DNA from: Myxococcota bacterium
GTDB lineage: Bacteria > Myxococcota_A > UBA9160 > PR03
Length of the DNA: 13,078 bases
Assembly (NCBI GenBank): GCA_041611735.1
Contig: JBFIML010000071.1
Span: 1-13,078 of the forward strand
Direction of reading: 5' to 3'
The number at the start of each line of letters is the position of its first letter. The stretch's first letter is position 1. The notes beneath the pieces were generated by a model that searched no databases, had not been told where the DNA came from, and saw only the letters and a list, made by a program, of their open reading frames with translations. This document shows, one piece after another, positions 7,141 through 13,078 of the stretch. A program made the position numbers and the translations under genes.

Positions 7141-7967
7141 GATTCCGTCTCCGCGACCCGCCCCTGCCGCACGTGCTCGAGGAGCCGCCCGAGCAGGGCG
7201 CCACCGGGTCCGCGCAGGACATGGGTGGCGAGCCCCGAGAGGTCGGTCTCATCCGGGTTCACCTCGATCAGCGTGCCGCCGCGCCGCAGCACCTCCAGCG
7301 GGAAGTCCGCCGCCGGAAAAACCGTGGCCGAGGTCCCGGCCACGAGGATCAGGTCCGCGCGCCCGACCTCCTCGAAGCAGCGTCGCAGCACGTCCGGCGG
7401 GATCGGCTCCCCGAACTGCACGGTGTCGCCCTTCACGAGGCCCCCGCACTCCGGGCAGCGGGGAGGCAGGCGGTCCGGATCCACGGGCAGCGCCTCGGGC
7501 TCGAAACGCCGCACGCACTCCGTGCAGCGGAGCAGGCGATGGTTGCCGTGGATCTCGAGCAGGGCGCGGCTTCCGGCCTGACCGTGCAGGTCGTCCACGT
7601 TCTGGGTGATGATGCACGCGAGCCGGCCGCAGCGCTCCAGCTCCGCGAGCGCCCGGTGCCCGGGGTTCGGCTTGGCCTGCCGCAGGGTATCGCGCAGGGC
7701 GATCGCCCACGGCTCGCGCGGGTGCAGGCGCTCCTGCCAGGCCCGGCGCGGATCGCGCAGGAAACGCTGGTAGCCGTCCATGGGCGGCTCCCCGTGGGTC
7801 GTCCAGAGTCCGCCGGGACCGCGAAAGGGCGGGATTCCGCTCTCCACCGACAGGCCCGCCCCGGTGAGCGCCACGGCGTACTGCGAGCGGACCAGGGCCT
7901 GGGCGGCTCGGGCCACCCGTGCGTCGATCTCCGGTGTCAGCACGAAGAGGGGGTCTGCGGAGGCCAT
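7137..7967 (-). CDS. cobB: Sir2-family NAD-dependent protein deacylase (CobB/NpdA-like), ~276 aa
   Basis: TGAGLSVESGIPPFRG, PNPGH, ITQNVDDLH, EIHG (catalytic His), Zn ribbon CTEC...CPEC, FGE, GTSATVFPAA and EVN. I prefer ATG 7967, 10 nt after the rhomboid stop, over 8018, which overlaps the rhomboid. Confidence 0.93.
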   Translation of the reverse strand: MASADPLFVLTPEIDARVARAAQALVRSQYAVALTGAGLSVESGIPPFRGPGGLWTTHGEPPMDGYQRFLRDPRRAWQERLHPREPWAIALRDTLRQAKPNPGHRALAELERCGRLACIITQNVDDLHGQAGSRALLEIHGNHRLLRCTECVRRFEPEALPVDPDRLPPRCPECGGLVKGDTVQFGEPIPPDVLRRCFEEVGRADLILVAGTSATVFPAADFPLEVLRRGGTLIEVNPDETDLSGLATHVLRGPGGALLGRLLEHVRQGRVAETES

Positions 7968-7977
7968 GGTACGATCC

Positions 7978-8736
7978 CTAGTGGAGCCGATGCTCGTCGT
8001 CCCAGCGGCTGCGCTCACGCGTCTCCTCGACGCGCACCGCCCGCAGCCGTCTCCGCATCCGCCAGCGACGCCAGCGCCAGCGCACGTGATCGAGGCTCGG
8101 CAGGAGCTTCACCTCCCCGCGTCTGCGCAGCAGCAGCCAACCCACCAGCACGCCGCCCAGGTGGCCCACGTGGCTCACGTTGGGCGGACCGAAGTAGAGC
8201 TCCATGAAGAAGAGCAGCGGGATCAGCCAGATGGCACGGAAGGCCACCGGCGGGAAGATCAGCATGATGGTGCGGTCCGGCCAGGTCAGCGAGTAGGCGA
8301 GCAGGACGCCGAAGACCGCTCCCGACGCGCCCAGGGTGGGCAGGAAGTAGGCGGGCGGCGCCTCCATGCCGAACAGGACCGGCAGGGCCGGCCAGATCGC
8401 GATGATGAGGCCGGCCCCGGCGCCGCACACCAGGTAGAAGCGCAGGAAGCGGCGCGTTCCCCACAGCATCGCCAGCGGCGAGCCGAACATCCAGAGCACG
8501 AACATGTTCATGGCCACGTGCCCGAGCCCGCCGTGGAAGAACATGTACGTGAAGGGCTGCCACAGCTCGCCGCGCCAGAAGCGCGCGGGCACCACGCTGA
8601 ACAGGCGGTAGACGCCGGGGTTCAGCGCCTGGAGCAGGAAGACCACCGCGTTCGCGATCAGCAGCTGCTTCACCACGGGCGGTGTCACCGGCGGGCCGAA
8701 GCCGATGCCCCCCGATCGGTAGCCGCGTCCGTACAA
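7978..8736 (-). CDS. Rhomboid-family intramembrane serine protease, ~252 aa
   Basis: WQPFTYMFFH, HVAMNM (HxxxN), GASG catalytic Ser, SHVGHLGG catalytic His, several TM segments and a basic C-terminal tail. The start is probably TTG 8736, with GGAGGAGG 11 nt upstream; GTG 8784 is the alternative. Confidence 0.95.
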   Translation of the reverse strand: MYGRGYRSGGIGFGPPVTPPVVKQLLIANAVVFLLQALNPGVYRLFSVVPARFWRGELWQPFTYMFFHGGLGHVAMNMFVLWMFGSPLAMLWGTRRFLRFYLVCGAGAGLIIAIWPALPVLFGMEAPPAYFLPTLGASGAVFGVLLAYSLTWPDRTIMLIFPPVAFRAIWLIPLLFFMELYFGPPNVSHVGHLGGVLVGWLLLRRRGEVKLLPSLDHVRWRWRRWRMRRRLRAVRVEETRERSRWDDEHRLH

Positions 8737-8829
8737 CGGGTGCGCTTCCTCCTCCGGGACCGCCCCAGGTCCCGCTCGGGTCACCGGGCTGTCGCTGGGA
8801 TGGGCGCGGGATCCCTCGACCCCTCCAGC

Positions 8830-9786
8830 CTACGGGCTCCAAGTACCTGCGTCAACGCGGGTTTCCCTCGGGGCGAGGGCCTGCATGACGCGCTCCGCGG
8901 CGGGCCGGGGCAGGCCCGTCAGGTCGAGCACCGGGAGGGCCAGATCGAGCTCCCGCCGCAGGTCGGCCAGGCGGCGCCGGCAGGCGTCCGCGGTGCCGGC
9001 GACGATCGCCTCGGAGAGCTCGGCGTCGGGCAGATCGTCGAACCAGGGATTCAGGCGCCGGAACTCCCGCACGAGCTTCGGGTCCTCCGGGTCGGCTCCG
9101 GGGCGCGTGAAGATCCACATGGAGCGGGCGATCGAAGCCGGATCGCGGCCCCGCGCCCGACAGGCCGTGGCCAGGCTGCGCGCGGCCTCCGCCACCCGCC
9201 AACGCACCGGCGGCAGATTCACGTCCCAGATGTCCGCATGGGCCGCCACCAGCGCCAGCAGCCGGGGGCGGCGGGCGGCGATGGCGATGGGCATGGGCCC
9301 GTCGCGCGGGGGCGGCCCCACGCGGGCCCCGTCGAGACGCACATGGCGGCCCTGCAGGGTGACGGTCTCCCCGGCCCACAGGGCCCGTAGCGCGGTGAGG
9401 GTCTCGTCGAGCCACTCGATGCGCTCCCGGACCGGAGGCACCGAAAGCCCGAAGCGGCGGTCCGCCGGCTGGCCCCCGATCGAGATCAGGAAGCGCAGGC
9501 GGCCGGGCGTCACGCGCTCGAGCGTGGCCACCGCCTGGGCCAGGCGCGCCGTTTCCCAATGGTGGACCAGGCGGATCGAGCCGATCTCGATGCGCTCGGT
9601 GCGCGCCAAGAGGGCGCAGGTCACCGTCCACCCGTCCAGCACCTCGGCATCCGGACGCGACGGGAGCATGGAGGCGTCGCCGTCCACCCAGGCCACGCGG
9701 AAGCCGAGCGCCTCGGCCCGCCGCACCAGGGCCAGCAGGTCATCGAAGCCGTGGACGTGGCCCCCGAGCGCGACCCCGAGGCTCAA
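8830..9786 (-). CDS. LLM-class (luciferase-like) flavin/F420-dependent oxidoreductase, ~318 aa
   Basis: RRAEALGF, DGWTVTCALLARTERIEIG, LAQAVATLERVTPGRL, ERIEWLDETLTALRALWAGETVTLQGRH, ADIW and GRDPASI match the LLM TIM-barrel pattern. TTG 9786 overlaps the NUDIX TGA (TTGA). Confidence 0.88.
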   Translation of the reverse strand: MSLGVALGGHVHGFDDLLALVRRAEALGFRVAWVDGDASMLPSRPDAEVLDGWTVTCALLARTERIEIGSIRLVHHWETARLAQAVATLERVTPGRLRFLISIGGQPADRRFGLSVPPVRERIEWLDETLTALRALWAGETVTLQGRHVRLDGARVGPPPRDGPMPIAIAARRPRLLALVAAHADIWDVNLPPVRWRVAEAARSLATACRARGRDPASIARSMWIFTRPGADPEDPKLVREFRRLNPWFDDLPDAELSEAIVAGTADACRRRLADLRRELDLALPVLDLTGLPRPAAERVMQALAPRETRVDAGTWSP

Positions 9787-10301
9787 GGCAGCTGGCCGAA
9801 GCGCCGCGCGGCGTGCAGCAGGGCCAGCGCGCTCTTGGCGTCCCCCAGCTCGCCCTGCCACACCAGCTCCAGGGCCTCCTGGAAGGGCACCGACACCACC
9901 TCGATCACCTCGTCGGGGCCCCGTCGGGTCGGCACCTCCCGCAGATCGAAGGCGGCGAAGAGGTGGATGCGCTCGTCGGTGAAGCCGGGCGTGGTCCAGA
10001 TCTCTCCCAGCTTCTCCAGGCGACCCGCCCGGCGCCCGACCTCCTCCTCGAGCTCGCGGGCGGCGCAGCGCGCGGGCTCCTCTCCGTCGAGCTTGCCCGC
10101 CGGGACCTCCCAGATGGTGCCCCCGGTCGCGTGGCGGAACTGCCGGATCAAGAGCACCCGGTCTTCGCTCTCGAAGGGCACCACCGCCGCGGCTCCCGGG
10201 TGACGCACGATGTCGAGCTCCACGGTGTGCCCGTTGGGAAGCCGGGCCTCCTCCACCCAGACCGTGATGGCTCGCCCGCGGTAGGCCAGGCGGCGCGTCA
10301 C
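9783..10301 (-). CDS. nudF: NUDIX hydrolase, ADP-ribose pyrophosphatase (NudF)-like, 172 aa
   Basis: VRHPGAAAVVP, LLIRQFRH, WEVPAGKLDGEEPARCAARELEEEVG (Nudix box), the downstream TTPGFTDE Pro typical of ADPRases, DEVIEV and DAKS. GTG 10301 overlaps the nth stop (GTGA). Confidence 0.9.
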   Translation of the reverse strand: MTRRLAYRGRAITVWVEEARLPNGHTVELDIVRHPGAAAVVPFESEDRVLLIRQFRHATGGTIWEVPAGKLDGEEPARCAARELEEEVGRRAGRLEKLGEIWTTPGFTDERIHLFAAFDLREVPTRRGPDEVIEVVSVPFQEALELVWQGELGDAKSALALLHAARRFGQLP

Positions 10302-11008
10302 CGGCGCGCGCTCCGCCGCGTGGCGCTGCGCGCCGCCGTCGGCGGGTGGGCGCGCCCCGCGCGCGAGGTCGGCCACGGGCAGTCGCCCCGGATCGGGCAG
10401 CGCTCGCACTCCGGCCGCCGGGCGTCGCAGCAAACCCGCCCGTGGTGGATCACGCGCAGCGAGTAGGGGGTCCACTCCTCTTCGGGCACGAGCGCCATCA
10501 GGTCGCGCTCGATCTTGACGGGGTCCTCGTGCGAGGTCAGGCCGAGGCGGCGGTTGACCCGCTGCATGTGCGTGTCCACCGTGAGCCCGGGCACCCCGAA
10601 GGCGATGCCGAGCACCACGTTGGCGGTCTTGCGGGCGACCCCGTGCAGGGACGTGAGGTCCTCGAGGGTGCTGGGCACCCGGCCGCCGAAGCGTTCCACC
10701 ACGTCGCGGGCCGCCGCCTGGATCGACCTGGTCTTCTGACGATAGAAGCCGGTCGGGCGGATCAGTCGTTCCACCTCGCCCGGTCGTGCCGTCGCCAGGG
10801 CCTGCGGGTCGCGGAAGCGCGCGAACAGCGCCGGGGTCACCTCGTTCACCTTCTTGTCGGTGCACTGGGCGGACAGGATCGTCGCCACCAGCAGCTCCCA
10901 GGGGTTGCGATGGTCGAGGGCGCAGCGGGCGTCGGGATAGGCTCGGGCCAGGTCCCCGACGATGCGGGCGGCGCGGGCACGCCGGGCGGCCTGGCTCTCG
11001 CGCGGCAT
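10298..11008 (-). CDS. nth: Endonuclease III (HhH-GPD DNA glycosylase/AP lyase with 4Fe-4S cluster), 236 aa
   Basis: LLVATILSAQCTDKKVN, GFYRQK, HhH LHGVARKTANVV (catalytic Lys), VDTH (catalytic Asp), HGR, and C-X6-C-X2-C-X5-C (CDARRPECERCPIRGDC). Confidence 0.97.
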   Translation of the reverse strand: MPRESQAARRARAARIVGDLARAYPDARCALDHRNPWELLVATILSAQCTDKKVNEVTPALFARFRDPQALATARPGEVERLIRPTGFYRQKTRSIQAAARDVVERFGGRVPSTLEDLTSLHGVARKTANVVLGIAFGVPGLTVDTHMQRVNRRLGLTSHEDPVKIERDLMALVPEEEWTPYSLRVIHHGRVCCDARRPECERCPIRGDCPWPTSRAGRAHPPTAARSATRRSARR

Positions 11009-11017
11009 GGGAGGGGC

Positions 11018-11027
11018 AGGGTAGCCT
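11018..11027. promoter_or_regulatory. Overlapping divergent -10-like hexamers between nth and the hydrolase
   Basis: AGGGTAGCCT gives TACCCT on the minus strand (11023-11018, 9 nt before the nth ATG, which has no SD) and TAGCCT on the plus strand (11022-11027). Both fit TAnnnT. Confidence 0.4.
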
Positions 11028-11076
11028 GCGCGCGAAACGCGCTGCCAGGCGCCCGTGTGGCGCGGTCGGAGGAAGC

Positions 11077-11706
11077 ATGCGCAGGCGGCTCGAGGAGCGC
11101 GCCGTGGCGATCCCGGTACCCGGCGGAGACCTGGTGCTCGACGGGGTGTTTCGCGCCGGACGCGGAGCCGACGGCATGCTGATCGCGGCCCCGCACCCGG
11201 AGTACGGCGGCAGCATGGAGGCGCCGGTGGTGGCCGAGCTGGCCTGGGCGGCGCACAAGGCCGGCCTCGCCTCCCTGCGCTTCAACTGGCGTGGCGTGGG
11301 CGCCAGCGTGGGGACGGCCAGTGGGGACGTCGCGGCCGCAGATGCGGACTTCGACGCCGCCTCCCGCTACCTGGCGGAGACGGTGCGCGGCTCGCTGGTG
11401 GCCGCGGGTTACTCCTTCGGCGCGGCGGCGGCGGCCCGCGCGGTCGCGCGAGAGCCCCGGGTGCATCGTCTTCTCCTGGTGGCGCCACCGGTTCGGATGC
11501 TCGACACGGAGTCCATCAAGCGGCTCGACCTTCCGGTTCTCATCCTGACCGCCCAGCACGATGCGATCGCTCCGCCGGCCGCCCTGGCTGCGCTGGCGGG
11601 CGAGCTGCCCCAGGTGCACCTGGTGGCCATCCCGGAGGCGGACCACTTCTTCCAGGCGGGACTCGCCACGCTCGGGGCCGAGGCCGCCAGCTGGCTCGGC
11701 GCCTGA
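11077..11706 (+). CDS. Alpha/beta-fold hydrolase (COG2945-like), 209 aa
   Basis: PHPEYGGSM, LRFNWRGVGAS, nucleophile elbow GYSFG, Asp in QHDAIAP and His in ADHFF. GGAGGA lies just upstream of ATG 11077. Confidence 0.9.
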   Translation: MRRRLEERAVAIPVPGGDLVLDGVFRAGRGADGMLIAAPHPEYGGSMEAPVVAELAWAAHKAGLASLRFNWRGVGASVGTASGDVAAADADFDAASRYLAETVRGSLVAAGYSFGAAAAARAVAREPRVHRLLLVAPPVRMLDTESIKRLDLPVLILTAQHDAIAPPAALAALAGELPQVHLVAIPEADHFFQAGLATLGAEAASWLGA

Positions 11707-11709
11707 CGT

Positions 11710-12891
11710 TCAGGGCACCGGGAGCCGCGCGCGGAAGACGGCGCCGCCCCCCGGCCGGTCCACCACCGAGAGGGTTCCGCCGGCCTCCTCCACCACGCGT
11801 CGCGAGATGCCGAGCCCGAGGCCTCCCGGCCGCTCCGGCTTGGTGGAGAAGAAGGGCTCGAACACCCGGGCACGCAGCTCGGGCGGCACGCCCGGCCCCC
11901 GGTCCGCCACGCTCACCTCCAGGGCGTGGCCGAGGGCGCGGGCCGACAGGCGCACGTCCCCACCCCGGGGCGTGGCCTCCAGGGCGTTGATCGCCAGGTT
12001 GAGCAGCACCTGGCGCAGGGCATCCCCGGCCAGGGTCGTGGCCGGAAGCTCGGGCGGGGCCTCCACCGTCAGGGTCACCCCTGCCGAGGCGGCCCGATGC
12101 GCCAGCAGGCGGGCCACCGCCTCAAGCGCCTCGGCCGCAGGCCCGGCCGCGGCCTCGTCCACCGTGGCCGGAGGCCGCGCCTGCACCAGCACCGCCTCGA
12201 GCAGCCGCTCGATGCGCTGCACCTCCTCGTTCACCACGCCGAGGAAGCTCTCCCGGAACTCCGGGTCGTCCAGGTGCTCCGGCAGGAGCTGCAGGAACGT
12301 CTTCACGGAAACCAGCGGGTTGCGCACCTCGTGCACGATCTCCGCCACCAGGGCGCCGATGCCCGCCAGGCGGTCGAGGCGTCGCACGTCCCCGTCCAGG
12401 CGCGCCAGGCGCCGTGCGGCCAGGGCCGCTCCGATGGGCGCCTCGAGGTTGCGGGCGGTCTCCTCCAGGGCGGCCAGGGTGCGGGGCCGCACGCTCCCTG
12501 CCGGCTCCGGGCCGTCGAGCAGGCCGATCGCCACCACCTCGTGCGCCCCGCCGCCTACGGGCGCCGCGGCTGCGAAGCCGTGGCGGCGGGCGGCCGCCAG
12601 AACAGCCGCGGCCAGGCGGGGCTCGGCGAGGTCGCGGGGTCCCTCGAGTGCGGCCAGTGCGGCGAACTCCTCGTCGGAGGGCGGCGGGACGGCATCCGTG
12701 GCCGCGCCCGCGGCCAGCGGCGGGCCGGCCCAGGGCGGCAGCCACACCACGGCCCGCTGGCCACCGGTACGCTGGAGCAGTCGACCCAGGGCTTCGGTGA
12801 GGACGCTCTCGAGATCGTCGAGAGGCGGACGCCGGCCGATGCCGCCAGGGGTCGGGGCCGCGACGAGCGGGTCGGTGGTGCGCCCCCCCAC
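11710..12891 (-). CDS. Cytoplasmic sensor histidine kinase (HisKA + HATPase_c) with degenerate GAF-like N-terminus, ~393 aa
   Basis: H-box EIVHEVRNPL, N-box QVLLNLAINALEA, G1 DRGPGV, F-box FEPFFSTK and G2 GLGLGIS. No convincing TM segment. GTG 12891 is supported by the upstream sigma70-like promoter. Confidence 0.92.
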   Translation of the reverse strand: MGGRTTDPLVAAPTPGGIGRRPPLDDLESVLTEALGRLLQRTGGQRAVVWLPPWAGPPLAAGAATDAVPPPSDEEFAALAALEGPRDLAEPRLAAAVLAAARRHGFAAAAPVGGGAHEVVAIGLLDGPEPAGSVRPRTLAALEETARNLEAPIGAALAARRLARLDGDVRRLDRLAGIGALVAEIVHEVRNPLVSVKTFLQLLPEHLDDPEFRESFLGVVNEEVQRIERLLEAVLVQARPPATVDEAAAGPAAEALEAVARLLAHRAASAGVTLTVEAPPELPATTLAGDALRQVLLNLAINALEATPRGGDVRLSARALGHALEVSVADRGPGVPPELRARVFEPFFSTKPERPGGLGLGISRRVVEEAGGTLSVVDRPGGGAVFRARLPVP

Positions 12892-12899
12892 GGTGTCCG

Positions 12900-12929
12900 T
12901 TGCTAGCCCGCCGCCCGCCCACGTGTCAA
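12900..12929 (-). promoter_or_regulatory. Putative sigma70 promoter for the histidine kinase
   Basis: Minus strand: perfect TTGACA (12929-12924), 18-nt spacer, TAGCAA (12905-12900), then 8 nt to GTG 12891. Confidence 0.6.
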
Positions 12930-12958
12930 TCCGCTGATTGTGGTGCGACTTCTGGGTC

Positions 12959-12974
12959 TGGCACGGGATGTGCT
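12959..12974 (+). promoter_or_regulatory. Putative sigma54 (RpoN) -24/-12 promoter facing out of the window
   Basis: TGGCACGGGATGTGCT versus consensus TGGCACG-N4-TTGC(A/T): one mismatch, with exact GG-N10-GC spacing, in intergenic DNA. Confidence 0.7.
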
Positions 12975-13078
12975 TGAGGTGCGGGGATGCCGCGCCCGGC
13001 TCCGTCGCGTCCGCCGCCGTTCTGTCCGAACCCGGCCTGCGTTTTCCATCGCGATCCCAGGGTTTGGCGCTACACGAA

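Noticed and set aside
3354..7609. Very long alternative-frame ORFs (3354-6335 minus, 993 aa; 5452-7581 plus, 709 aa; and many others across the window)
   Set aside because: They translate to Arg/Pro/Gly/Ala-rich sequence with no motifs and overlap well-supported genes. Such shadow ORFs are expected where stop codons are rare in high-GC DNA.
7137..7967. Sirtuin as an anti-phage NADase (Thoeris ThsA, DSR, Sir2-HerA, pAgo-associated)
   Set aside because: It is a single-domain CobB-like protein with a Zn ribbon and deacylase motifs. No defence partner genes are nearby.
9783..10301. NUDIX as a CoA pyrophosphatase linked to the pantothenate kinase
   Set aside because: It lacks the LLTxR(S/A)...G...FPGG CoAse motif, has ADPRase features, and is about 8 kb from PanK in a different transcription unit.
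10302..11285. Apparent 500-aa NUDIX with a long N-terminal extension, or an Nth-NUDIX (MutY-like) fusion by frameshift
   Set aside because: The extension is an alternative frame of nth. nth has its own stop, the NUDIX has a GTG overlapping it, no slippery sequence is evident, and the NUDIX is ADPRase-like rather than MutT-like.
12941..13020. TGGTGCG... as the 3' CCA end of a minus-strand tRNA
   Set aside because: There is no T-loop (TTCGA) signature at the required distance and no cloverleaf. The segment is better explained by the sigma54 motif.

Overview
Very GC-rich bacterial DNA (roughly three-quarters G+C by eye). The gene content suggests a diderm, possibly Myxococcota/deltaproteobacteria-like; this is inference. 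The window is almost fully coding, with 14 supportable CDSs: two tandem paralogous NarL/LuxR response regulators (the first 5'-truncated); a Staphylococcus-like type II pantothenate kinase; a divergent exeA/exeB (gspA/gspB)-like pair; a 7-gene minus-strand run (nth, NudF-like NUDIX, LLM oxidoreductase, rhomboid, sirtuin, DUF4097 beta-repeat protein, exported M20 hydrolase) with four start/stop overlaps; an alpha/beta hydrolase; and a soluble histidine kinase. I corrected many ORF-track starts using overlaps, SD sites and domain boundaries. I found no RNA genes, CRISPR or mobile elements. The most interesting non-coding signals are phased palindromes between the two regulators and back-to-back sigma70/sigma54 promoters with a palindrome at the right end. 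No clearly novel system is proven. The best candidates are the type II PanK in an unexpected host, the coupled sirtuin/NUDIX/rhomboid/DUF4097/M20 run, and the twin-regulator locus.
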